In this document: positions 25,401 through 37,731 of the stretch, in pieces
Numbering within the stretch: the stretch's first letter is position 1
How the letters are laid out: the number at the start of each line of letters is the position of its first letter
Source: Geosiphon pyriformis uo1
Taxonomy: Eukaryota > Fungi > Glomeromycota
DNA: 64,000 nt
Assembly (NCBI GenBank): GCA_016748015.1
Contig: JAAOMT010000760.1
Location: forward strand, 568,310 to 632,309
Reading direction: 5' to 3'
The notes under the pieces: generated by a model
What the model saw: the letters and a program-made list of their open reading frames with translations, nothing else
The model's database searches: none
Told to the model about the DNA's origin: nothing
Made by a program: the position numbers and the translations under genes

Positions 25401-27089
25401 AATAAAATTATATTTGATTGTATCATAAATATTTTATATTAAAAATATAAAATTAAACCATTTATTTATAATAAGTTTAAAGTAAAATAAAAATAAAATT
25501 ATTGTTAGATTATTGTTTTTATAATAATAGATTCTCTATAATATTTTATAATTTAAGTTTTAAAAATCAAATTTTTTACTATATTGTAAATACAACCAGC
25601 CTTATATTACAATTATGTAATTACAACAGGTTTAATTAAAATCATTCAATAGATATATTCAAAAATTTAAAAGTTTCATTAATATTTATATCAAAAAATC
25701 AAGAATATCAGTTCAGTTATTTAAAGATGATCAGCTGAGAGAGACGCATGATTAAGCAAGTTACAAAGCCAATGAAAATGTCAATTTTATCGGTAGCCAA
25801 ATTCTGTCAAGCAGACCCATTCACAAGCATCTTTATTTTTGGGATTAATGCTTCAATATTTGATCTTTAAATGATACTAAAGAAACTTACCTATCTTTAA
25901 CCAGCGAGGAAGGACTGAAACTCTGTTGAATTATGATGAAGGTGCCTTTTACCTGAAAAAATATCAAATTATTAGAATCATGGAATATCCAAACCCTATT
26001 TGGTTATAGCACGAAAATATTAATTTTTGAAAGTTAAAAAACTACCAAGTTCTGAAATCCAAAGGGATAATTGAAAATTTTCTCTGTTAAAATTAATCTT
26101 CAATTCACTGGGTGACAATTCCCATCACTCACCAATCAATCTTTATGCACTTTCAAGCAACCGAGGGTTGGTAAATGGATGGCTGTGCATACGCTCGTCT
26201 CAATGAATGAGTGTTCAAGACAGACTCGATAAAGAAAAATCGATGCGAATTTCCACGGAGATACGATGAAGGGAAATCATGTGGAGGAATAAAAGATAAG
26301 GGAAGGGAAAAAACAAATGCGAAGAGATTAGACTAATTTTTTCCATCATTGTTAAACGGCTCATATATATTAACAGATATTTTCAAAGCAACCAATACAC
26401 TAAGTAATGCTTTTTTGTCACAATGTTTAGTCGAAACAAGACAAGAAAAAGCTTTACGACTTGATACTTATGCAATTTACAGTGAACAACATGCCTCTTC
26501 ATTGCACCATAAAAAATGGAAGGCTTGGATGAAACTAGTACAGTACGCGTCATGGGGATTCTTTATTTTTTCTAGTAAATCATATGAAGTCGTCGAATGC
26601 TGCTAGAAAAGTCCAGAAGCTTTGAAAATCATGTACAATATTGGAATCGAAAAAAAATCGGCACAAATAAAAAGCGAAAATTTCGTAAAGACCCATTTTT
26701 TCCCTGTATATCTTCGTTGTTTCTTTAGTTTGACAAGCACTGCCGACACGAACCAAAGAAAACGATTCCTCTCTCTCAAGGGGAAATGTAAAAAAAAATT
26801 ATGAAAAAAGGAGAAAGATGATAATAAACACATAAAGGTCGATATATTAATTAAGAAAGTCCTACGATTATTTTGGTAAGAGCTGGTAGCCGGTTCACTT
26901 GATGGTATTTCTCTCATAGCCATTGAAAAAAGATATTGTCATTTTGCTTAAGTAGATGATGGTGAGCCTGATTCATGATGGAATGATAGCGTGAAATTTT
27001 GGAGTGTGTCATAATCATATTTTTAAATAAGAGACTTGAGTAAAAATCTCCACGGCTACTGAATATATAATTTAAAAGGATCATTCTCA

Positions 27090-28628
27090 TCAACACAACA
27101 GTTGTTGAACAGTCATTCTACGTGTTGGTGTCTCTTCTAGATGTTCCTCCATATCATTGAGACTATTATTGCATTCTTGCCAATTTTGCTGTTCCTCTTC
27201 AGACATCACAATATCAGTCATTTGACAGTCCTGAGCTGTTTGTGTCTCTATGTCACGAGTTTTCATGTTAATTTGCGCAGAACTTATTAGATGTTCATTA
27301 TTTTTAGAAGTTGCAGCAAATTTGAAGGGAGAAGAGGACAAACTCAAATTGAGTTCGTTGTTCTTTAATTGATTTGCAATAAGTGACGTAGATGAGAATT
27401 TATCTGCTCTTAGGGTCGTTGTGTTGCTTGATGATAATATTGAGAGTTGACGTGATTCGATTGGTTCAGAATTATTCGATTCTTCGTTGATAGTCGTATC
27501 TGAACCTCGTTGTTCGTCGCTCTCCGCATCACCAACATGTTGAGTCGACATCATGCTTGAAGACGATGATACGGATCCTCGCTTTCTTGGATAATCTTCG
27601 TCATTTGTTTCGCGTCCTTGCAATGAATGTGAGGAGGCATTTGATCGTGAAGGAATTTCATATCGATCAAATTTCGATTTTTTGACGGTTTTACGTTCTC
27701 CCATATTGCAATCGTCGTCATTTTGGGAATCTTGAGAATTGGACCTTTCACGTCGATCCCTCATCTCAGCGACCTTACCCTGCAAATACTCAATATAATC
27801 GATGGCACTCTGTAGAATATTCAATTTGTGTAAATGATCTTGGTCGGCGCAACTCGGGATCAAATCTTTGAGTTGCATAATTTTGTCATTTATGCGTTCA
27901 CGTCGTCTTCGCTCAATTGCTGAATGTGAAACTTTACGAGCTAATTCACGCTCATCAGCCGTGGAACGTGATTTTTCTACTGCCGCAGTAGCCGCAGCTG
28001 ATGATGAGCCACAAGATGGTGGCTGATGTGGCAATCCTGCATGAATTATTGAGATGTGATGTTGCATTATTGGGCGATTACTATTGGAAGACGAGCTGAC
28101 AGCAACAGGAGGATCTCCAACGAGAGGAAAGGAAAAGATAGCTGCAGATGGACCGATGGGTTGTTTTGGAAGAATCCTTTCATACCGTGTTGAAGATATG
28201 TTCGTTGAGTTGCTGTTGGCAAGGGTGGCTTGCGTATGAGTTGGAGATGGTGGAAGTCGTAATTGCTGTTGCTGTTGTTGAGAGTGAATAACGTGATTTA
28301 AAGATTGAAGAGGAGGGGGTAACTTGAAAACTGATTGTCCAGCTCCATATTCATGCTGTGATGGGTTTGAAAAAGGGGATACTGGTGGTGTTTCAAACGG
28401 TGGTAACATCATACCACCAGAACCAGGGATCTGAGGTGTCATTGGGTTTGCTAGCGGTGAACTTGTTGGAGAAATCGGCATTATAGATGCTGTTGCGAGT
28501 TGTTGCGGCGCTATCCTCAAGTTAAATCCAGACGAAGAAGGTGGTGCTGGAACTATAGGGCGAAACATTGAAAGGTTTGGTGTCGATTGAGAATTCGAAA
28601 TCGCCGACTGGTGTTTTCGTTGTTGCAT
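27090..28628 (-). CDS. bHLH transcription factor (single coding exon)
   Basis: RKVSHSAIERRRRERINDKIMQLKDLIPSC..LHKLNILQSAIDYIEYLQ, with H-E-R basic residues typical of E-box binders. Pro/Ser/Gln-rich flanks. First ATG at 28628. Confidence 0.93.
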   Translation of the reverse strand: MQQRKHQSAISNSQSTPNLSMFRPIVPAPPSSSGFNLRIAPQQLATASIMPISPTSSPLANPMTPQIPGSGGMMLPPFETPPVSPFSNPSQHEYGAGQSVFKLPPPLQSLNHVIHSQQQQQQLRLPPSPTHTQATLANSNSTNISSTRYERILPKQPIGPSAAIFSFPLVGDPPVAVSSSSNSNRPIMQHHISIIHAGLPHQPPSCGSSSAAATAAVEKSRSTADERELARKVSHSAIERRRRERINDKIMQLKDLIPSCADQDHLHKLNILQSAIDYIEYLQGKVAEMRDRRERSNSQDSQNDDDCNMGERKTVKKSKFDRYEIPSRSNASSHSLQGRETNDEDYPRKRGSVSSSSSMMSTQHVGDAESDEQRGSDTTINEESNNSEPIESRQLSILSSSNTTTLRADKFSSTSLIANQLKNNELNLSLSSSPFKFAATSKNNEHLISSAQINMKTRDIETQTAQDCQMTDIVMSEEEQQNWQECNNSLNDMEEHLEETPTRRMTVQQLLC

Positions 28629-30068
28629 CTTGTATTCGTAAATAGGGCGTAAAAACTTATCGAATGAATGATTCGTTTTTGCCGAATGTTTCGGTATATT
28701 TATATTGCAAAATATGTTTATGTGTGACACGTCAAATGATAGGGGGTTTTCGTTTAAATAGGTAGCAGGACAATTTCAAAAATTCTCAAGCTCTAAAAAA
28801 AAAGAGGGAAAGTCGTTAAGAATAGGGTTTAAAATTGAGGAGAGGTAAAATTATACTTGGGTTGGTGTAAGCTTGAATATATGCGTTTTGACTAAAAAAT
28901 TTAGTTTTCGTCATAATTTTAAAATATGATATATACTTAATAGTAGGTTTATTTGCATTGAACGCGTAAACAGATATGCAAACTTTAATTAGTGGTCTTC
29001 AAGTTTTCATGGACTCAACAGGTGTATAATCAATGAAAAGTAGGTATATGGTATTGCTTCAAAGAAGAGTTTCAATTTAAAAAAGATAATGCATTGGTAT
29101 TTAGGATAAAAATCGAGACCAAATTATCCAGCAATTGGCGGCATACTAAACGAGATGAGATAAAATTTGAAAATCGAAAACCCTAATCCCCTGATTGCGA
29201 ATAGAATCGGCCAATACTTTTGAAGCGTGGACGAGGTTATATGAATTGATTGGTCGACGCAAGACGTCATTGTTCAAACGCTGATCAGTGCTAAAAAAAG
29301 TTGTATGACTTTTTAGTGGCAGATCTAGCATCAGAATGGGTTTTCACGAGCTGCAAACAAATAAAGATGATCAATCTTGTCTGGAAAAACGATCCCATCC
29401 AGGAAAAGAGCAAAATGTGTCAAGGAAGAGGCATGATGGTCAATTTTTGTGCATCGATTCGCTAACATGTCATTAAATGAAGCACGTGTGTTTCTGATTG
29501 GATGTTGAATGAGTCGGGAGTCGGTTTCTAAATTTCCAAAAGCAAAAGGAGAGCTTTGTTGAACCATATATGATCCGATTTGGAAATGGGGTGGTTGGCA
29601 TGTGAGACGTTAAAAATTCCCATTGGGCACGAAAGGATAGAATATTTGAGTAATAAATCGCTGTGTATAAATATTTCCGTTAAAATCGGGAGTATTGCAA
29701 GCTGTGAAAAAGGGTTTTGTGAAATTGTTGACGGTTTGTAGAGCTTTTGGCTTAGTTTCTTTTCAAGATCTGCCCAAATGTTTGTCCCACTTTGGCAGTT
29801 TGTTACAGATTGAACATGGGAATACGAAATGTCGTAATCTTGAGTCTTGTCGCTGGAAAATGATTTTATGAGAGATACAGATAAAGATAATGGATCAAGG
29901 ACAAAAGAATAAATTTTTTCCTTCAACAGAAAACACGAACACTGAATTATGAGAGTGGTCACAGCCTTTTTGGGTATGGATCGTTCTTGGGGACTCTTTT
30001 AATGATGAAATTTTTTTTAGAAAGTTGAATACTGGTTATCAATCAAAATTTAATAATTATTACACGAT

Positions 30069-30108
30069 GAAGTTTAGATATAGGAAGTTTAGATATAGGA
30101 AGTTTAGA
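30069..30108 (+). repeat. 15-bp tandem repeat (gaagtttagatatag) x~2.7
   Basis: Seen directly. Confidence 0.85.
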
Positions 30109-31827
30109 TGGAAAAATACTGTTAATATTATCTGTTGACGGATTGTAACACACGCTATTCTGCTTCCCTATTATTTTAAGGTGTCACATACCGTCATTGA
30201 CAAATACTTATCCCAAAGCTAAAATTTTTGGTTAACAGATCTGATTCCGAATTTTCACACAACGGTCCTCTGGAGTTTTGGCCCGGAAGAAATAGGTTTC
30301 TGGAGCAAGATTTACAAGGGAAATCTTGAACTGATCGGCATCGTGTTCACGTCTAAAGTTTTTATTCGTTGGATCATCTATATTATGAATAATTTTTTCT
30401 AAGAAATGTCAGGGAGCCAAAAGTTTTTACAAGGTAAAAATTTCGGCGATAGAATTTTACTTTATAGTGACGTTAATTTATTCCACTAATAAACTTTGCC
30501 AGTGCCACCAGAAAAATATTTACCTCTTATAAAATGGATGACTTTGGCACGAGAAGTCAAATTTTGGTAAACCAACATGTGTGTTGCACACTGTTGCATT
30601 ATGAAGGACAAAGAATTTTGACTTTAACAAGTGTGGTTTTACCTAAGCATATGCATCTTTAAATGTTTTCTTTCGATGCATACAATCAATGAAACAAGGG
30701 ACTTTATAGTAAAATATTTACAAACTAAGAAAAATTTCATATCTGAATTTGACTATTATATAAAATACACGGAATTATTAAGAGTTTAAATGGATTGTGA
30801 AAATTATAAAATTCCAAACGGTAATAAATTTTTAAATTTTTGTAAAAATCTAAAATCACCAGAAAAATTGAGATTAGATTTTCATAATTTGCAGACAAAA
30901 AATGTTTTTTAAAATTTTATAAAATTTACAAAATTGGTTTATGAAGTTTAAAAATTAAATTATTTTTTTATAATTCAAAGTCTCTAAACAAAATACCTGA
31001 CTGAATAAAATACTTTAAGGGAAAAAATAAGACTTTTAGACTCTGTACAAAAATTTTAAAAAAATATCGTTTTTAAAGTTAATACTTTCCTAGTAAAAAA
31101 ATAAAAGTTTATTTTTTAATGTTTTTATTTTATATTTTTGCAAGATTAAAAGGTCAATCAAAGTTATCTTTAGTGAAATAAAATTGTGATGAATCATGTA
31201 TTATAAAATATTATGGTTATGCTAAAAGCCTTTAATTAAAGAAGTAATGTGAAAAGACTTTGAAGTATAGTTAATACAAAAAATGACATTTAATTATTTC
31301 AATTAATTTTTTATTATTTTTAATTTCAATTTTTTGGTATAAATAAAACTATTGATAAAATTAAATTTGAAAGTTATTTTTAAATGTCAATTGCTTGGTT
31401 AATGTTGGATTTAATAAAATAACAACATTTATTTCTTAAATTAAAGAAAAAATTTTAAAACAAAGGTTATTATACAATAAATTCAAATAAGTTCATTAAA
31501 AAATGATTTTTTATATAAAACTTGTAAATTAAATTTTAATGTATAAAACAATTATATTAGTCTTATTATAGTCCAAATCTTAATCCAATCAAAAGTTTGT
31601 AAAGAAAAAAGTAGTCGCCTAGAACTTATTTAAATAAAGTTTTCTAGTTATATTGAAAATAGTAATAAGGAATTCAAATTATTTAGCTAGTGAGATGGTA
31701 ACGCAACTCAATCTACCCAAATTTTTGGTTAATTTGGGAAACTTTTATTGTATTTTATAGCAATTGGTACTTGAGAAATCCACATATTTTGATCAAAATG
31801 GAGTCACTTTCCAGAACGGGATAAATT

Positions 31828-33353
31828 TTAGCCTTCGAACTTATAAAAATCTTCAGTTTGGTAAAATTTATCCGTACAACTTCCAAATTTTGTTCCAAAA
31901 TAGATAAATTTTTGGGGATTTTGATTGTTTTCATCATCAATGGTACCGAGATTACATTCCTAAAAAACGATTCCAAATAAGAAAGTTTTAAAAGAAATCG
32001 AATAATCAAATGTGGTGTTCTTTCAAAATTACTTGATTTTCCCCACGTGAACTTGATCGATGGGTTGAGATGGGACACTCATAAATTATACCATTATCAG
32101 GCTTCCACTCCTCATTTGAGCAATCACAACTAAGTCCTGATATCCAAATTTCTCTTTCATGATGCCTTAAATTAGGTTGAGAAAGAAATTCTCTCGAAAG
32201 CCAACTATTAGAATGTGTCACTCGATATAATGGGAGTAATTTTTCAGATCGATCCTTTTGGAAAGTTTTTTCCACCATTTCAGCAAATAATTGGTTACCA
32301 ATCCGAGGTGAGTCAAATGTCACAATGTAGATTTTTGAAACATTTATTGGCCATTTTTCTTGTAATTCATTTAAAACAGCTGCTTTGAAATAAATTGCTG
32401 CTAATAAAGCGTATGCTATGAATTTATCAAAACTTAGTATCAGAGGCAGTTTTTATTGGAAAAAAGTGGACAATGAAATCCCAATTGAAAACATCATAAT
32501 AAATTACCACCACCGATTTCATGCCCAGTGAAGTAAAACCTCATAAATTGAACCGTTGAAATAGGTTCGCTTTCCAATATAGAGTGAATTTTCTTTAAAA
32601 TTTGAGGCATCATTTTCTTTACATCAGAATTCCAAGCTGAATCAACATTACAAGCTTGATGAAGTATGAAATTACGTTTCATCTGAGTAAAACTTATTGG
32701 CCTGTTTTGCCAATCTTGTCGCGAGAGTTTTCGCCCTTTGAAATATACAATCAAATCACTACCGAATAAAACTCTTCCTCGTACTACATCAGCTATTAAA
32801 GAACGAAAACTATTTAATTCGGACCAAATATTGTAAATTTAGAATAAATTTATTGAATAAAGAAATTTATTGAATAAAGAAATTTATTACCTTTTATCCC
32901 ACTTTCTTCAACCATATTTCCAATTTTATTAGATTGTCGGCAATATCCCAAATTTGCGTAGAAAGTCATTGCTTTAAGATAACGCAAAACCTGTAGATCT
33001 GTCAGTTGTTTTCTTTTGAAAGAATTTCGTTTCTGAATCAGTTGTGTTGGAGCTTTATTTTTTGTAGTTCTAAAAATGTTATTGTTGTGGATTAAATCTT
33101 GTCTCTTGATCACAAGATTGGAAATATCGTCCAAAGATGAAATTTTTATTTTTGAATTTTCCCGATTGATTAAAAAATTTCTTGGATAGTCTTTTATCCA
33201 TGGAATAAAACTCTTGTCATTATTTATTGATTTCAGCCTTTCGAAATTTGAAAAAACTTTTATAAAATATTGGGTTAATGTTTTTGGTAAGGAACTGAGA
33301 TACAAGAATAAAAAGAATATTCCGAAAAATATATTTTTAATAAATTTCATCAT
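31828..33353 (-). CDS. Secreted class-3 lipase-fold protein with all three triad positions altered (4 exons: 33353-32891, 32792-32508, 32415-32033, 31959-31828)
   Basis: Signal peptide, YANLGYC, LIVYFKG, FTGHEIGG, VTFDSPRIGN, YRVTHSNSW, HHEREIWI and GENQ|ECNLG..FIYFG. Same intron positions as the 15098 gene; spliced ORF intact. Confidence 0.9.
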
Positions 33354-36300
33354 TGATTCTCGGCGTTCACTTTGCCGAAAAATGAGTCCAAAAATAAATT
33401 CCTTATTTTAAGGAGACAGATGAGCGATGAAGATGGTGAAAAAAATTTTTTCTCCTATTCCTTGTAAAAGAAAGAGTTGTCCGACAAATATTTAGTTGGG
33501 GCCACCATTTATTTGTGAGCATCATGATAATGGTTTTCGATTGATGATTTACATGTACATCTAGTTTTTATGTGAATTTTTATATTAAATAAAAGAAAAT
33601 AAATAAAATATAGGATGAATCTAGTTGTAACAACCTGTTACATGAAACAACCTCGAAAATAGCTTCAATTAGGATCGGAAATTTTATTAAATTTTAAAAA
33701 AATAACATGTAATAATGATGTGTATTATTTATTTTTATTGGACAAATTAAAGTTGAATCATTAATTTCACTAGAAATAAATGCAATTTTTAGTTATTGCA
33801 AAGTAAAAAATAAACAAATAATTGACTAAATCTTACCTAATTTTGACATCTTGCACTATTGTGTCCTGAAAGACCACATCTACTACAAGTGTATTTTGTA
33901 CGTGGTTTTCCTTTTTTTTTCAATAGCAGACTTATAACATTTGGTTTCTGGGCATCCTTTACGTTGTGATACTAATGGATTTTCAACTTGCTCAAGCTTA
34001 TTTTCTTTATTGACATCATCAACTTGATTGTTCTCCAGGACTTGGTCTTGATTTTGAAGTGTAGGCACCACTTTTTTATGTTGGCCAATAAATTGCCTTA
34101 ACCATATTATCATCTCACTATGATTGTTATGTTCAATAGCAAGCTGAGCAGTCTGTCATGCGAGTTCTCACACTTCACCATATTTTTGTTTCCTCTGTGC
34201 TGCAAGGCATAAAACATTGATAATGGTCTTAGGTACAGTTAAAAGATTTGGGATTACTATTTTGTCGGAAGAATTTTTTGCAGCCTCTTGATTTGTGAAG
34301 CAAAAAGCTTCAGTGACTAAATTATTGTCTCTTTTTTCATTAATATACCATCACGAGAATATCATTTGAATGTAAAACCCTGCAATTTTTGAATGTAGCA
34401 TCACTTGAAAATAATGGCGACAAACAATACCACAAAATATACTAGACAAGCATGAACAAAAAACAGAATCAACAATTATAATAAAATGTAAATGCTTGCT
34501 GTTTTTTGGATGTAGATTTGTAATCTTTCACACTTCTTTGATGTTTTTTTTATTGACTTTAGCAACTATTGATTTCATAAGATTTGTTTTACATCATACA
34601 GATTCTCAATGAAATCACTCATTATATCAGGACTGGAATCCTAAATATCAAAATGTTGTTAGATAAATGACTTGAAAAAGTACATTAGGAAATAAATTCC
34701 TTTACTTTATTATAAGTATTGATATTAAATGATAATTGACTTGCGATAAAGTATAGGTATTGTGTCATTTCTAAATGTTCTATAGATAAGATATGAAGTG
34801 TGAGATATTAAGTTATTTATTTGTCAACCTCAGAAAAGAAATCCTGGCCAACTGACATAATTTTCATATAAGATAAAAGTGTATAATATTCAAAAAAACG
34901 ATTTTATTTTACCTTATTTTCAAGTTTTGTGTTTAATGCACTAGCAAGATCACACAAACTGCCATTTACTGAAAGCATGCATTTAATAATATTGTTAAGA
35001 CCTTAAACACGAGAGGTAGTTTGAGTTCTTACAGTAAATATTTTTAATGTGAATGCACAGGTCCATGCTTGTTAGCTGGGATAAAAAGCTCTTATTAGGT
35101 AATCTTTAGCATTAATAAATGTTTCAATAAGTTATAATTATTATTCATAGAAATTTTGTTTACATAAACTATTGTGACATAGAAAAAAATTGTGAACAAA
35201 GCTTTTATATTAATTGTAAAGCTTTAACTTGAGATTTTTTGGTAAGTTTTCATTAATATAAAAAATACAATGAATTTGGTAAGTTGTTTTATATACTTGA
35301 ACAATTTTTGCATCTGCTACAGGATTAATATTAGTAATAAACATTAATGGTTCTGTCATTGTTGCTTTTTTTGTGCATTTTAGAATCTATTTATATAATT
35401 TGGCAGTTTCATTTGATACAAGAGCTTGTACAATGAAATAAGATCTTGTATTATTGTCTACAATAAAAAAAAAGTGGCATTTAATAGCAGTTGGTTTTTG
35501 CTGTATTGTCATTTAAAAAAATATTATAATACTTTAATTAAAAAACAATTTGTATAAAAGACATTCAAAATACATAAATAAGCCAATTTTCATTAATTTC
35601 AAACTCTATAATCTATTTGAAATTATTTGATTTGCAATTCATAAAAATTATTAACAAGTAGAATGTATTATGTTTTTTATTATTAAAAATTTTAAATTTT
35701 TATATTGCATTTATAAGATTACAATTGAGAATAAATGCTGTTAAAAATTTTATTTTTAATAATTTTTTTTGAGTGGTAATTAATAAATTTACATATTTCA
35801 TAAAAAATCAAATCTTCTAAAGAATATCATTTGAAATTTTTCAATATGTTAAACCATAATTTTTAGTATTAAAATATAATAAATAATTGTATGTATTATT
35901 AAGAATGATAAAAGTTATTTTGCATAAGTTTTTAGTGCAATTAATATTGGTATACCAACTATATTTTTGACATTTTGATTTGATGTTTTAATGATTTTAA
36001 ATGTTAATTTTTTTTGGTTTATATTAGCTATTAAATTTACATTCAAAAGTGTGATGTTTAATACTGCTATTTAGATGTTATTTTAATTTTTTTTGGATAA
36101 CTCCAAATTCTTGTTGTTTACTATAGATTTTTATAATTACATCAATATTTTCTAATGTTTCAAAAACATAACTAATGCAAAGTCTTATAGCTAAATAAAT
36201 ATAAAAAAATCTGATGTTAAATATAACTAAAATTATAATTAATAATCTTACTTTCATTTAAAGATACTTGGTTACTTAATTGGAATAAGTCTTTATTAAT

Positions 36301-36749
36301 GTAATTCTAAAATTGATTGATTAGCTCTATATTAAAAATAAGTTTTAAATTAAGATAAAAATAACTTTAGTTTTTTAACACATAGTTTTTTACTAAACAT
36401 TATTACAAATAATTATTTGAGTGGTTAAAATAAATAACAAATCTGTAACTGGTATTTAATAGCTAATACAGTTGATAATTTTAAAGGTTTTAATTGTCTA
36501 AAGGTTTTAGTTACCTAAAAGTTTTGGTTAAGTTTTTTGTATAATAGACAGAGATTCAATGGTTGTGTTAATAGCCTTTTAGAATTGCAATTTTGTCAAA
36601 TTTTTTTCTTTAGCATAATAGCCAGTTTATTTTGGCAGTTATGTTCTTCTGATAAGCTATTTGTAAATTCTTTTAAACTCTATATTCTTTCTTTGAGATT
36701 TTTTACCAGACTATTTTTAATTAGTTAGTAAATCAACAAACAACAAAGA

Positions 36750-36780
<31 letters not shown>

Positions 36781-37099
36781 TTAATATTCTGTCAATAGCC
36801 ATAATTAAGAGCTCTTGTTCCAGTGTGGTTAAGTGTTGACTTTTATCAACATAGAATGTTGATAGAACAGAGATAATTTGATATTTTTTAATTAAACAAT
36901 AATAATATGGATTTAATTAGTAATAAATAATTTATTGATATGTGATATAGATTTGAACTGCTTTTAACTGGGTGTTCTTATTATGAATTCTAGTTTGAAG
37001 ATTCTGTCTTTTTTGCTTCTAACATTTTTGCTATATATACATAATTAATGTTCTATGAAATCTTACATATTCATAAGCAATATGCTATAGTTTTTTGAG

Positions 37100-37275
37100 C
37101 AATACTCACATTGTTAAATAATATGCTCTAATTTACTAACATTGTTTATATTGTTAAATGATGTGCTCTAATCTACTAATATTGCACACATTGCTGAACA
37201 ATATATTATAATTTACTAACATTGTTTACATTGCCAAGCAATATACTATAATTCATTAACAATGTGCTTATGTGC
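37100..37275. repeat. Degenerate ~42-bp tandem repeat inside the MULE
   Basis: Recurrent aatatgctctaatttactaacattgtttayattg-like units. Confidence 0.65.
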
Positions 37276-37693
37276 TCAATACTTTTTTTTTATTGGTCTA
37301 TTTTTCTACTATTTCTCTTGTGTTCTTTTCTATAAGTAACAACATATATATATATTCTTTTTTAAAGACAAACTGGTTATTTTTTTGTTTTGTGTTTACA
37401 TTAAAATATTAATTTTAATATGATACATAACATATAGAGTATTATATTTAAAATTACCAATATATTATTAATTATAGTACTAGTTAATATATTTAAGTAA
37501 ATATTATTTAGAATAGTTTAAAGAGTCAAACTTTAAATAATCTGTTGTCTTTAACACTTTAGAATCTATAATTCATATTTGGTACACAAATTTTTATGCT
37601 TACATTTATAATATACAAGTTTTTTTTGTAACTTAAGCACTGTTTAAAACTAATAAAAATGATTAATATTATATAATTCAAAACAGATTGAGA

Positions 37694-37731
37694 CGTCGAT
37701 CACTGCGCCATATATGGCGCAGTGATCGACG
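37694..37731. repeat. Perfect 38-bp palindrome CGTCGATCACTGCGCCATA|TATGGCGCAGTGATCGACG
   Basis: The two 19-bp arms are exact reverse complements. Two CACGTG motifs follow at 37745 and 37765. Confidence 0.97.

Noticed and set aside
29146-29962. Three chained minus-strand ORFs upstream of the bHLH gene
   Set aside because: No recognisable motifs or consistent splice structure; more likely regulatory or UTR sequence.
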